This document shows, in pieces, positions 29,637-39,864 of a stretch of DNA of 64,000 nucleotides; within the stretch, counting starts at the first letter, position 1; every line of letters begins with the position of its first letter. The DNA comes from Arcobacteraceae bacterium. Its GTDB lineage: Bacteria; Campylobacterota; Campylobacteria; Campylobacterales; Arcobacteraceae. Position numbers and translations under genes: made by a program. The DNA lies in the NCBI GenBank assembly GCA_048268245.1, contig JBLWVX010000003.1, positions 64,001 to 128,000 of the forward strand, given 5' to 3'. The notes under the pieces are model-generated. The model searched no databases and was not told where the DNA came from. It was given only the letters and a program-made list of their open reading frames with translations.

Positions 29637-31219
29637 TTTACAAGAAGGGATGCTATTTTATTATGAGCATGTACAAAGTTATCAATGTCTAAATCTTCAA
29701 ACTCTCTTTTTTCATTAAAGTTATTGATTTTTAAAACAATATTTGAGTTTGGTTTATACTTTAATATTGCATCACAAATCAATCTTTTTTTTGCAACATT
29801 ATCTAAAGTTATTATAATACTTGAAGCTTCATCCGCTTTAAGGGATTCTAATACTTGTACTTTCTCTAAGTGACCAAAGTATGCCATATGACCACTTTTT
29901 CTTGCATTTAAAACATGTCTTAAGTTATCTGTGATTATTACAAAAGGAATGCCTTTTTCATTTAATTTACTTGCAACTCTTCTTCCAAGTGCAGAATATC
30001 CACAAACTATAATATGATTCTTTTTATCAATAGGTGTAATTTTATCTGATTCAAAATACTCTTGTGCAAAAAATGATGCAATTTTATATATGTTATTTAC
30101 AATAAATGGAGTTATTATCATAGATAAAACTGTAACTAAAATCAAAAATTTACTTAATGTTTCATCTAAAATACCATTTGCAGAAGCAAGGGCAAAAACA
30201 GCAAATGAAAACTCACCTATTTGACATAAAGCAAGGGCTGCTTTTACTGAGTCATTTTTATTTGCTTTTCTTCTAATCAAAAAGTAAATTACTATAGCTT
30301 TTAATAAAAGAATAGCTATAAAAACTAGAACAATATAAACAATATTTTGCATCAAATATATAAGGTCAATTTTAGTTCCTACTGTAAAGAAGAAAGTCCC
30401 TAATAATAGATCTTTATAGGAAGCAATATCTGATTCAACTTTTATATGATATTTAGTCTCAGCTATAATCATACCTGCAATAAATGCACCAAGGGAATAT
30501 GTAAACCCTAATTCATGAGCCAAAATAGAAGCTCCAAAAACTATAGATAAAACTGAACCTATAAATAGCTCTTCAAGTCTTGCTTTTGTTGAAAATTGCA
30601 GTAGCCAATTTACAATCTTTTTACCAATTGTAAACATAAAAATAATAATAGCAATAGCTGCTAAGGTTGTTTTCAAAATAATATCTTGTAATTCTAAAGT
30701 ATCATTTGATAAAAAGCTTATAAGTAAAAGTATTGGAATTACTGCTAAGTCTTGGAAAATCAATATAGCAGTTGTTTTTTCTCCATATGGAGTATAAATA
30801 TCTTTTGATTGTTTTAAGTATGTTAAAACAATTGCAGTTGAAGATAAAGAAAATGCAAGGGATACTATAATAGCTGATACTGTATCAATAGAAAATACTA
30901 ACTTGGCTATTGCGAATATTAAAACGGCACTAATTGCTACTTGAAAAAAACCATTTACAAATAAAAGCTCTTTTATTTTTTTTAGTTTATTTACAGACAT
31001 TTCAAGTCCAATAGTAAACATTAAAAATACTATACCAAACTCTGCTATTAGGTTTAGTGCGTCTAAATTATGGTTTTTGCTTAGGTTAAAAATAGAGGTA
31101 ATTATTATACCTGTGATTATATATCCAATAATATGAGAAATTTCATATTTCTTTAAAATAATATTCAATATTGATGATATTGCTAGTGATAAAAATAGTA
31201 TAAATAGTATTGATTCCAT
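29624..31219 (-). CDS. CPA2/Kef-type cation:proton antiporter with TrkA_N domain
   Basis: AEFGIVFLMFTIGLE, LSSTAIV, FQDLAVIP, QIGEFSF, HIIVCGYSALG. Confidence 0.92.
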   Translation of the reverse strand: MESILFILFLSLAISSILNIILKKYEISHIIGYIITGIIITSIFNLSKNHNLDALNLIAEFGIVFLMFTIGLEMSVNKLKKIKELLFVNGFFQVAISAVLIFAIAKLVFSIDTVSAIIVSLAFSLSSTAIVLTYLKQSKDIYTPYGEKTTAILIFQDLAVIPILLLISFLSNDTLELQDIILKTTLAAIAIIIFMFTIGKKIVNWLLQFSTKARLEELFIGSVLSIVFGASILAHELGFTYSLGAFIAGMIIAETKYHIKVESDIASYKDLLLGTFFFTVGTKIDLIYLMQNIVYIVLVFIAILLLKAIVIYFLIRRKANKNDSVKAALALCQIGEFSFAVFALASANGILDETLSKFLILVTVLSMIITPFIVNNIYKIASFFAQEYFESDKITPIDKKNHIIVCGYSALGRRVASKLNEKGIPFVIITDNLRHVLNARKSGHMAYFGHLEKVQVLESLKADEASSIIITLDNVAKKRLICDAILKYKPNSNIVLKINNFNEKREFEDLDIDNFVHAHNKIASLLVKKSL

Positions 31220-31274
31220 GTATATATTTTATCCTAAAGTATATTTTTTAACAAGATAAAACTGTTTATTTATT

Positions 31275-31607
31275 TTACAAAGTAATATTTTCTAGATGTT
31301 CTATTTGCTCATCACAAACTATTATTGCATCTATACAAAATATAGGATTTATTTTTTTTGTTTGTATATAGTAATCTATACTTCTTTTTAATTTTGAGAG
31401 TTTATTTTTGTGTATATTATTTATAGCAGTTTCATAATCAGGGGCTGATTTTACTTCACAGAAGTGATAAACATTATCTTTTTTACAAATAATATCTATC
31501 TCTCCTAGTTTTTTTGCATAGAAGTTTTGCTCAACTATTTTAAAACCTCTATCTTCAAGGAAACTAAGTGCTTTTTTTTCAGCAAAATCTCCTTTTTGTT
31601 TACTCAT
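31275..31607 (-). CDS. yraN: YraN-family (UPF0102) predicted endonuclease
   Basis: G..AE..A..FL..RG, GEIDII, FCEVK. Confidence 0.9.
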   Translation of the reverse strand: MSKQKGDFAEKKALSFLEDRGFKIVEQNFYAKKLGEIDIICKKDNVYHFCEVKSAPDYETAINNIHKNKLSKLKRSIDYYIQTKKINPIFCIDAIIVCDEQIEHLENITL

Positions 31608-31613
31608 AAAAAA

Positions 31614-31814
31614 TCATCCACCACCAACAAATTGAAGTAATTCAATTTTGTCATCTTCTTTTGGCTTGAAATTACTCCAATTGTCTTTTTTTACAATTTC
31701 CATATTTACAGCAGCAGCCATAACTTTGTCTTCAATTTTTAATGATGTAATAATATCTTGTAAGCTTGAATTTCCATCAAAATTTTTTGTTTCACCATTT
31801 ACTATTAAATTCAT
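31614..31814 (-). CDS. thiS: Sulfur carrier protein ThiS
   Basis: MNLIVNGE ... D.IELLQFVGGG C-terminus; start ATG 31814. Confidence 0.93.
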   Translation of the reverse strand: MNLIVNGETKNFDGNSSLQDIITSLKIEDKVMAAAVNMEIVKKDNWSNFKPKEDDKIELLQFVGGG

Positions 31815-31815
31815 A

Positions 31816-32481
31816 TTAAACCTTTTCTTTCTCATATTCAATCATATATCCAACACCTCTAACATTTGTTATAAAATCTTCTTTTAAAGATTTTTTGACT
31901 CTATTAACTTCTGCTCTAATTGTAGCATTATCAATTTCATCACTCCAAACAAACTCTCTAAACGTGTCATATTTTACAACTGAGTTTTTAAACTTTGTTA
32001 GGAGTTGAATGATTTGTATTTGTCTTTTTGTCAAACTTTGAACTTCGTTATTATACAAAAGAGTTAGAGTATTTGGATTAAAACTATATGAATCTGACAA
32101 TTTTTTATCTTTTTGGGGTAGTATCTTAGCTTGACTAATTTTGTCAATTCTAAGTGATAACTCTTTTAAATGAAAAGGTTTTTTTAAATAGTCATAGCAT
32201 CCAAGTTCAAATGCCCTTGAAATATCTTCAATATCAATAAGTGCAGAAATATAAATAGTTGGAACAACTCTACTTCTTTTATGCAAAAACTCTAGAACTT
32301 CAAAGCCATTAATATCAGGGACATTAATATCTAATATCAATAAATCAAACTCTTCCATATCTAATATTCTAAGACAGTTATTCCCATCTCTAGCACTTCT
32401 TACTTCATACTTCTTTGATTGTAAAAATTGTGTTATTGCTCTATTTAGCATAACATCATCTTCTAGTAATAAAATTTTCAT
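31816..32481 (-). CDS. OmpR-family response regulator
   Basis: LLEDD, LDINVP, DYLKKPF, winged-helix NVRGVGY. Confidence 0.95.
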   Translation of the reverse strand: MKILLLEDDVMLNRAITQFLQSKKYEVRSARDGNNCLRILDMEEFDLLILDINVPDINGFEVLEFLHKRSRVVPTIYISALIDIEDISRAFELGCYDYLKKPFHLKELSLRIDKISQAKILPQKDKKLSDSYSFNPNTLTLLYNNEVQSLTKRQIQIIQLLTKFKNSVVKYDTFREFVWSDEIDNATIRAEVNRVKKSLKEDFITNVRGVGYMIEYEKEKV

Positions 32482-34385
32482 ATTATTTCTCTTTCATTAA
32501 AAAGATATTTAAATGAAGTAAAATACTCATTTGAATCTATTTTAATATCTATATTTTCTTCGTCACAAATTCTTTTGACTAAACTTAGTCCTAAACCAAA
32601 ACCTTTTTTGGTTGAAGTTTCTCTATAATACTCTTTAAATATCTTTTCAGGATATTGAATATATTGTGAACAACTTGAAATTGTTAAAGCATAGGTTTTA
32701 TTCTCTTTTTTTAATGTTATATAAATATTAGAGTTTTCTTCTGTGTATTTTATAGCATTAGTTAGATTATTATCTATTATTCTTTGAAGTTTAGTTTCAT
32801 TAAATTCAAAAATTAATGACTCTTTTTGGCTAAAGAATTTAATTGTTGAACCTATTTGTTTAGCTGACTGCCAAAAAAAGTCTATTCTTGATCTTATAAA
32901 ATCTACAAAATCAATTTTTTTCTTTGGGTATAGTATTTGGTCTTTTTTTACTAAGTAACTTAAATCATCATAAATATTAAAAACATTTTTTAGAGCTACT
33001 TCAATTGTAGATAAATAGGAGTTTTTACCATACTCCATTTCAAAAAGTTCAATATTACTCATTATTACGGATAATGGAGTATTTGTTTCATGTACTGCAT
33101 GTCTTAAAAAAATCTTTTGAGATGCTAATAGCATTTGAGAATTAAATTTTTCTGTTTCTAGTTTATTTGATTGTTCATTATAATCTTTAGAAGATTCTTC
33201 TATTAAATGGGTTAGAGTTTTTATATTTCTTGTATAGAAATCATCTAAACTTTTTTGTTCAACCTCTGAAATAAACTCTTTTTTTGTATTTTTAATATTT
33301 TCACTTAATGATACTACTGTAAAAGTCTGATTTAGAAGTTCAGCTTCTCCATCTTTATAAAAAAACTCTCCATTTCCAAAAAAACCACTTGTTGTAGCTA
33401 TTTCTGAATAGTCTTTACTTTCATTAAAAATAAGATTTGGCATATATCTTCTTCTTGCTAAACAAGAGTAAATAAAAAAGGTCTCACTATTTGTAAACTT
33501 CTTTTTATCTGTAATTATTTGTTTTTTTAAAATTATTTCAGCATTTCCAAAACCAAATTTAATTTTATCTTTATTTTTTAGATTTCCTGTATATTGAAAA
33601 CTTCCATCTTTATGTATTTTCATTAAGGCTCTTGCTAGGAAACTTTTATTTCTTTTTACAAGTAAAGGAAATGTGGTAGCACTTTCAGGTAAACTATCAA
33701 GAATATCATCACCTAAGTACCTTTTATAAAAATCAGTAATTTTTAAATTGTTTATTTCATATACTTTATTATTGATTGATTTTGTGATTTCATGTTCAAT
33801 CCCAATACTAGACCAATTGAATCTAAAATCATTTTTTACTTCAAGAACATCTGAATTTATAGATACTCCCACTGCGCTATTTTGATATAGTTTGTCATCT
33901 AGTGATACATAGGTATTTTTATAGTTACCATTATCTGCAGCCATTGCACCACAGATAGGTATATTTTTAGAAATACTATTTATACCTTTTAAAAACTCTT
34001 CAGCATTAATATTTAAAGAATTTGTAAAAAGTATTAAAAGTTTGCTATTTTCATCTACTAAATCTTTTGCTAAACTTACACCTTTTTTATATGAATCTTC
34101 AATTTCACTAAAACTACTTTTTAATGAACTCTTTTCAAATATACTAATAGATACTACAATTGATTCTGTTAAAACTTCTTTTTCTAGAATTTCACCATCT
34201 GAACTACTTCCTATACAAGTAGCTTTTGGTAGGTTAGTTTTTAAGTATTTAATTACTTCTTCAAATTGTTTTTTGTTTTGTCCACAAAAAACTTGTACTA
34301 AAATATTGCTGTGATTTTTAAATTGCTCAAAGTCAATATTTTCTTTGGAAAAGTTCTTATCTATTTTATAGTTGTAGGTTTTCAT
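32478..34385 (-). CDS. Cytoplasmic FIST-domain sensor histidine kinase
   Basis: FIST motifs GSSSDGEI, GAMAADN, YSCLARR, GFFGNGE; H-box HETNTPL, N-box NNLTNAIKY, G2 GFGLGL; no TM. Confidence 0.88.
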   Translation of the reverse strand: MKTYNYKIDKNFSKENIDFEQFKNHSNILVQVFCGQNKKQFEEVIKYLKTNLPKATCIGSSSDGEILEKEVLTESIVVSISIFEKSSLKSSFSEIEDSYKKGVSLAKDLVDENSKLLILFTNSLNINAEEFLKGINSISKNIPICGAMAADNGNYKNTYVSLDDKLYQNSAVGVSINSDVLEVKNDFRFNWSSIGIEHEITKSINNKVYEINNLKITDFYKRYLGDDILDSLPESATTFPLLVKRNKSFLARALMKIHKDGSFQYTGNLKNKDKIKFGFGNAEIILKKQIITDKKKFTNSETFFIYSCLARRRYMPNLIFNESKDYSEIATTSGFFGNGEFFYKDGEAELLNQTFTVVSLSENIKNTKKEFISEVEQKSLDDFYTRNIKTLTHLIEESSKDYNEQSNKLETEKFNSQMLLASQKIFLRHAVHETNTPLSVIMSNIELFEMEYGKNSYLSTIEVALKNVFNIYDDLSYLVKKDQILYPKKKIDFVDFIRSRIDFFWQSAKQIGSTIKFFSQKESLIFEFNETKLQRIIDNNLTNAIKYTEENSNIYITLKKENKTYALTISSCSQYIQYPEKIFKEYYRETSTKKGFGLGLSLVKRICDEENIDIKIDSNEYFTSFKYLFNEREII

Positions 34386-34489
34386 GCAAAATTATAACAA
34401 ATTAAAATTTTACAAGATTTGAAAAGTGAGAAAAAAAGTATCAATGAATAAAATTTGTAACTTATTGACATAATAAAGTATAATATAAT

Positions 34490-35497
34490 CTACTTTATTA
34501 TGTTTAGTGTTTTAAATCTATCACCCATTCCTGTTGGTTCAAGTAATATTTTAACTTTTTGAGTTTCTCTTAAATAGGTGTTTTCATCAACATTTGCTTT
34601 TAGAATTTCTAGTAAATCTAAAATACCAAAGTCAACAAGTGATTTCAATTGAGTATTAAACTTTATACTTTTTACATTTTCTTGTAAAAATAGGTCTTTT
34701 AAATAGTTGAAATGTACATCATAAGTAATGTCACTTTTTTTAAATAATTTTTTTAGTTGAATTTCTTCATCAAAGATAGGATGAACATTATGATTTTCAT
34801 ATACTCTTGTTGAAAAATCATTTCTTGGGTATCTATCTCCATAATCAAATGTTAAAAATTCAAAAGAGTTTATGTTTTTACAAATAGTTTGAACAAACTC
34901 TTTATAGTCTAGACAAACTTCACCTTTTTCAATACTGTATTTTTTACAATGTTCAATTAACTCAATATCTTGGCAGTCTTCAAATTGAATTTTATGGTCA
35001 TTTACATAGGCATTTTGTAAAATACCATCTTTATTTGTATAAACTAAATCACATCCAAAGGCATCAAAAATTTCGTTTGCTACAATAAAAGCATTAGCTA
35101 GTTTTACTTCACTAATATCATTGTAGTGCTTAATTTTGATTATTTCTCCAAAGGATTCTTTTAGGTAGTTTTTTTGTTGTTTTTGTAGATTTTCAAATCT
35201 CTCAACAATAGCAAAGTTTAGTGTGTCTAAAAGCTTTGGTTTTAAAGTATAAATAAACTGAATTATGTCAGCTAGTAAGTAACCATGATGGGCACCAACT
35301 TCAACTAAAGTTGTATTTTTAGGAAGAATGTCTTTTTCAATAGAATCAATTAACTTTTTAGCAATTGTTCCTCCAAAAAAAGAACTTGTTGAAACAGAAG
35401 TATAAAAATCACCTTCTTTTCCTATTTCTTTATAGTTTGCATAGTATCCATTGTTTCCATATAACCAGTCGTTAAAATATTTATTAAATCTTATCAT
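34490..35497 (-). CDS. MidA/NDUFAF7-family SAM-dependent methyltransferase
   Basis: GYY...IGKEGDFYTS, EVGAHHG, ANEIFDAF, DYG, DITYDV, GMGDRFK. Confidence 0.88.
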   Translation of the reverse strand: MIRFNKYFNDWLYGNNGYYANYKEIGKEGDFYTSVSTSSFFGGTIAKKLIDSIEKDILPKNTTLVEVGAHHGYLLADIIQFIYTLKPKLLDTLNFAIVERFENLQKQQKNYLKESFGEIIKIKHYNDISEVKLANAFIVANEIFDAFGCDLVYTNKDGILQNAYVNDHKIQFEDCQDIELIEHCKKYSIEKGEVCLDYKEFVQTICKNINSFEFLTFDYGDRYPRNDFSTRVYENHNVHPIFDEEIQLKKLFKKSDITYDVHFNYLKDLFLQENVKSIKFNTQLKSLVDFGILDLLEILKANVDENTYLRETQKVKILLEPTGMGDRFKTLNIIK

Positions 35498-35552
35498 GAA
35501 AGAATTGTATCTAAAAGTTTATTTGAAGAAGAAATGGAAGATAAAATGATTA

Positions 35553-35579
35553 TAAATAGAAGAAAAAATCTTCTATTTA
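35553..35579 (-). terminator. Hairpin after the OmpA-family gene
   Basis: TAAATAGAAGA-N5-TCTTCTATTTA. Confidence 0.65.
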
Positions 35580-36301
35580 CAAGTATCAATTACTGCATTT
35601 GCATTTGCATATAAGTATACTTCTACTCTTCTATTTAAACCCATATTTGTTTCATTTGTATTCGGTGCAACTGGTTTATCGTAAGAGCAACCTTTTGAGA
35701 AAATTTGATTTTTAATTCCAGAGTTATAAATACTATTTCCTACATTTGAAGCTCTTTTCTCTGAAAGTGTTTTGTTATACTCATAGCTTCCTCTACTATC
35801 TGTATGTCCTACTACTTGAACTATAGTATTTGGATATTTTTGTAAAACACCATTTACTTTTGTAATTTTATTAGTTGCACTTGGTGTTGGAATTGATGAG
35901 TTTGTAGCAAACATCATATCATCTCTAAACATGATTTTTACATACTTATCTGTATATGATACAATTAAGTCTTGATTTGGATCAAGGGCTGCATTTGGGT
36001 CATTATTAACTGTGGTATTTAAACTATCAGCTACTTCTTTTGCTTGTTGGTCCATTCTATATCCAATATATCCACCAAGAGCAGCCCCTGCAAGTGCACC
36101 AACAGTTTTATTTCTACTTTTACTTCCTCCACCAATATTATTTCCTAAAGCAATACCAGCTATTGCTCCTATTGTTGTACCAATTATAGCTCTTTGATTA
36201 TTGTCAATTGTTTGATTTCCTGTTGAACCTGATGTACATCCAGTAAGAACAGCAACTGCTGCAATAGATGATACAAAAGTTTTTAAGTTAAAATATCTCA
36301 T
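35573..36301 (-). CDS. OmpA-family lipoprotein with glycine zipper (YiaD-like)
   Basis: Lipobox LTGC, Gly-zipper, GHTDSRGS..YN..LSEKRA, NRRVE. Confidence 0.92.
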   Translation of the reverse strand: MRYFNLKTFVSSIAAVAVLTGCTSGSTGNQTIDNNQRAIIGTTIGAIAGIALGNNIGGGSKSRNKTVGALAGAALGGYIGYRMDQQAKEVADSLNTTVNNDPNAALDPNQDLIVSYTDKYVKIMFRDDMMFATNSSIPTPSATNKITKVNGVLQKYPNTIVQVVGHTDSRGSYEYNKTLSEKRASNVGNSIYNSGIKNQIFSKGCSYDKPVAPNTNETNMGLNRRVEVYLYANANAVIDTCK

Positions 36302-36427
36302 TTTGAAACCTTTAATTTTTAGTCTATATTATTTTAACATAAGTAGTGTGAAATAATTGTGTTAAAAATCGTAATTAATATGTAATATATTTGTGCTATA
36401 ATATTTTTAAGAAAAAAAGGAGAAACT

Positions 36428-37870
36428 GTGGAAAAAAGAACAAAAATTTTGGCAACATTAGGGCCATCAAGCCATAGTATAGAAGTGATAGAAGGTTTAA
36501 TAAAAGCAGGTGCAAACATGTTTAGATTAAACTTTTCTCATGGAAGTCATGAGTATCACAAACAAACACTTGATAATATCAGAAAAGCAATGAAAAACTT
36601 AAATAAAACAGTTGGTGTTTTACAAGATATCTCTGGACCAAAAGTTAGAATTGGAGATTTAAAAGAGCCTTTTGAATTACATAGAGGTGATGTAATCACT
36701 TTTTTAAAAGATGAGATAGTAGGATATAAACAAGCTGATAAGAAATATGTTGTATCTATTAATTATCCAGATATTTTAAGTAAAGTAAAAATAGATGAAT
36801 ATATCTATTTATATGATGGAACAATTAGAGCAAAAGTTATTCAAACTGGTGATGAGGTTCAAGCAAAGATTGAAAACCATGGTATTTTATCATCAAGAAA
36901 AGGTGTAAACTTTCCTAATACAGTTATTGATATTGATGTAATTACAAAAAAAGATGAAAAAGATATTGCATGGGGTGTTGAGAATCAAGTTGATTACTTT
37001 GCAATTTCATTTGTTCAAAATGCTAAAGATATGAAAAAAGCAAGAAAGCTTCTACAAGGCTATAAAGGTAAATTAATAGCGAAAATTGAGAAGTTTGATG
37101 CAGTTGAAAATATTGATGAGATTATTGAAGAATCAGATGGTCTTATGGTTGCAAGGGGAGATTTAGGTATTGAAGTTCCTTATTATGATGTACCAACTAT
37201 TCAAAAAATGCTTATTAAAAAAGCAAATAATGTTGGTATGCCTGTAATTACAGCAACACAAATGCTTTTATCTATGACACATAACGAAAGAGCAACAAGA
37301 GCAGAGATCTCAGATGTAGCAAATGCAGTTCTAGATGGAACTGATGTTGTTATGTTAAGTGAAGAGAGTGCTGTTGGAGAAGACCCTATTAATGTTGTAG
37401 ATACAATGAGTAATATTATTGCAAAAACAGAAGATATTTATAACTTTAATAAACAATCAAAATTTGATTATTTAGATCATTTTGATGTAATTCAAGCAAC
37501 TGTTACAAAACTTGCAGATGATTTGGGAGCAAAGGGTATTTTAGCACTTACAAGTTCTGGTAAATCAGCAGTGAAAATGTCAAGATATAGACCAAGAACA
37601 CCTATTTATGCATTTACTCATAAAAAGAAAATATTATCAGCCTTAACAGCTATTTGGGGTGTAAAACCTATTGGAACTATTAAAGAAGCACAAGCATCAA
37701 AAATGTTCCAAAAGATGCTTAAAGAACTTGATGCAAAAGGTTTCTTAGATAAAAGTGAGACTTACGTAGCAACAGTTGGTTATCCTGTTGGAATGCCAGG
37801 AAGTACAAATACTATTAAGATTTTAACTCCATCAGAAATCGAGTATTATTTAAACTTTAAAAGCAAATAA
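36428..37870 (+). CDS. pyk: Pyruvate kinase
   Basis: RTKILATLGP, RLNFSHG, AKIEK, MVARGDLGIE, ATQML; GTG start. Confidence 0.98.
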   Translation: MEKRTKILATLGPSSHSIEVIEGLIKAGANMFRLNFSHGSHEYHKQTLDNIRKAMKNLNKTVGVLQDISGPKVRIGDLKEPFELHRGDVITFLKDEIVGYKQADKKYVVSINYPDILSKVKIDEYIYLYDGTIRAKVIQTGDEVQAKIENHGILSSRKGVNFPNTVIDIDVITKKDEKDIAWGVENQVDYFAISFVQNAKDMKKARKLLQGYKGKLIAKIEKFDAVENIDEIIEESDGLMVARGDLGIEVPYYDVPTIQKMLIKKANNVGMPVITATQMLLSMTHNERATRAEISDVANAVLDGTDVVMLSEESAVGEDPINVVDTMSNIIAKTEDIYNFNKQSKFDYLDHFDVIQATVTKLADDLGAKGILALTSSGKSAVKMSRYRPRTPIYAFTHKKKILSALTAIWGVKPIGTIKEAQASKMFQKMLKELDAKGFLDKSETYVATVGYPVGMPGSTNTIKILTPSEIEYYLNFKSK

Positions 37871-37875
37871 TAAGT

Positions 37876-37894
37876 AGAAGAGATTAACTCTTTT
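37876..37894. terminator. Short hairpin between pyk and the convergent kinase gene
   Basis: AGAAGAG-ATTAA-CTCTTTT. Confidence 0.55.
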
Positions 37895-39848
37895 ACTTAT
37901 TTAAAATAATTTGTAATAAAGCAGCTTTATAATTTTGCCCATGACATTCAATTTGAGTGTTTTTAGCAGTAATTTTACCTTTCATATGACTTACAATAAT
38001 AGTTCTTGTCATATATAATCCTATCCCTGTACCTTGCGATTGAAATTTTGTTGTAAAATATGGCTCAAAGACTTTATTAATAATTTCATCTTTTATACCA
38101 CCTGCATTATCGTAAACTTCAATATATCTCTCATTGTCTTTTTCAAAAGCTTTTATTTTTATACATTTGATTTCTAATTCTTTTTCTAGTAATGCATCTT
38201 TTGAATTATTTAAAATATTTAAGATAGCTTGTGTTAGTTCATTTTCTAAGGTATAAAGTTCAATATTTTCATCAATTTCAAGTTTTATTTGAATCCCTTT
38301 ATTTTTTAAACTTGCAGACATTAAGTTTATAACTTTTTCAATTGTACTTTTTAGATTGATGCTTGTTTTAATTTTGTCTTTTTTAAAGAAGTTTCTAAAA
38401 TCTTCAATAGTATTTGATAAGTGCTGTGTATTTGATACAATTAAATCAAGGTTTTTATAAAGCTTTTCTTTATTCATAAGATTTAGTTCATCTTCAAATT
38501 TAGTACCGGAAGCTATTGTACTTATAGTTGATAAAGGTTGTCTCCATTGGTGGGCAATATTTCCTATCATTTCACCCATTGAAGCTAGTCTTGATTGTTG
38601 ATTAAGCATTTCATCGGCTTTTCTCATTTTTAAAACTTGTTCTTTTACCTGTGATTCTAAAGATTCATTTAGCTTTTTTAGTTGATGGTTGTTTTCTTTT
38701 AGTTCATTTTCGTATTTTTTAAATTGTAAATCTATTCTTCTAGATATTAATAAAAGCAAGATAATTAATAATAAACTTATAATAGAAGAAATTAAAATAA
38801 TTTTATACTTTGCATCTTTTACTTCTTCTTCAAGTTTTAGTTTTTTCTTTTGTATTTCTTCTTGAATTTTAGTTGTGTATTGACCTGTTCCAATAACCCA
38901 ATTTAACTTTGGTACTTTTTTTACAAAAGATATCTTTTTAGATAGTTTTTCTGAAATATTATGACTAGTAGGTGTATATCCTAAGAATGAACCACCTTCA
39001 ATAGAGGCTTTTTTTAAGATATTTTTGATTACATTTTGCTCTATTTTTGAAAGTGTTTCTATTTTTTTACCAATAAAAGATTTATTTATATGAGATAAAG
39101 TAGTTCCTTCTTGATTAATTACAAATAAATATTCATCTTTTTCATAACTTATTGTATCAATAATTCTTAATATTTGATGCTGTATCTTTTTATCAATATC
39201 TTCAATATACTTTGCAGTTCCTATATAAATACCCAAAGGTTCAAAAAGTTTTACATATCCAAGTTTTTTCTCAATTCTATTGGTTTTTGGTTTTTGCCAA
39301 TGCCAAGTTGTAAAACCTTCTTTTTTTGTTGAGACTATATTATTAAACTCTTGTATAAAATATTTACCTTCTTTATCTTGTAGATTGGAAAGAGTTTTTC
39401 CTACATGTGATGGGGTTTGAGGTTGCATAATAACTTTATCATTTAAATCTATTATAAAAAAGTAGCCACTAGCATTTGAGTAAAACCTTTGAGGGTTTAA
39501 ACTTTTTATAATTAGACTAAGGATTTCTTCTTTTGGTTTTGATTCATTTTGTAAATATATTTGTTTGATTGTTTTATATCCAATATTAACGATATTCTTG
39601 ATATTGTTTTTTTCTTCAATAGTATTTAAATTAGTTTGAGTTTCAATAAGTTTAATAATCCTATTTACTCTATTTTTTATTGTTTTTTTAATTTCTTCTA
39701 CATAGTTTGTTTGAATATTTTCTATTTCTTCTTTAAACTCTTTATTTCCATAAGAAATAAATTCATAAGTTAGAATAGTTGAAGTTAAAATTACTGCCAT
39801 AATAGGAAGGATTATGATCCAATATGTGATATTGTTAAGTCGTCTCAT
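37893..39848 (-). CDS. Two-TM sensor histidine kinase with tandem Cache domains
   Basis: GYFFII...D.EGKYF..W.KP...KLGYV Cache motif; NIAHQWRQPL, NILNNSKDA, DNAGGI, GTGIGL. Confidence 0.92.
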   Translation of the reverse strand: MRRLNNITYWIIILPIMAVILTSTILTYEFISYGNKEFKEEIENIQTNYVEEIKKTIKNRVNRIIKLIETQTNLNTIEEKNNIKNIVNIGYKTIKQIYLQNESKPKEEILSLIIKSLNPQRFYSNASGYFFIIDLNDKVIMQPQTPSHVGKTLSNLQDKEGKYFIQEFNNIVSTKKEGFTTWHWQKPKTNRIEKKLGYVKLFEPLGIYIGTAKYIEDIDKKIQHQILRIIDTISYEKDEYLFVINQEGTTLSHINKSFIGKKIETLSKIEQNVIKNILKKASIEGGSFLGYTPTSHNISEKLSKKISFVKKVPKLNWVIGTGQYTTKIQEEIQKKKLKLEEEVKDAKYKIILISSIISLLLIILLLLISRRIDLQFKKYENELKENNHQLKKLNESLESQVKEQVLKMRKADEMLNQQSRLASMGEMIGNIAHQWRQPLSTISTIASGTKFEDELNLMNKEKLYKNLDLIVSNTQHLSNTIEDFRNFFKKDKIKTSINLKSTIEKVINLMSASLKNKGIQIKLEIDENIELYTLENELTQAILNILNNSKDALLEKELEIKCIKIKAFEKDNERYIEVYDNAGGIKDEIINKVFEPYFTTKFQSQGTGIGLYMTRTIIVSHMKGKITAKNTQIECHGQNYKAALLQIILNK

Positions 39849-39864
39849 ACCCTTCCTTTTCTTT

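Noticed and set aside
34465..34484. TTGACA...TATAAT consensus promoter
   Set aside because: The spacer is only 8 nt, not about 17, and it points antisense into the methyltransferase gene
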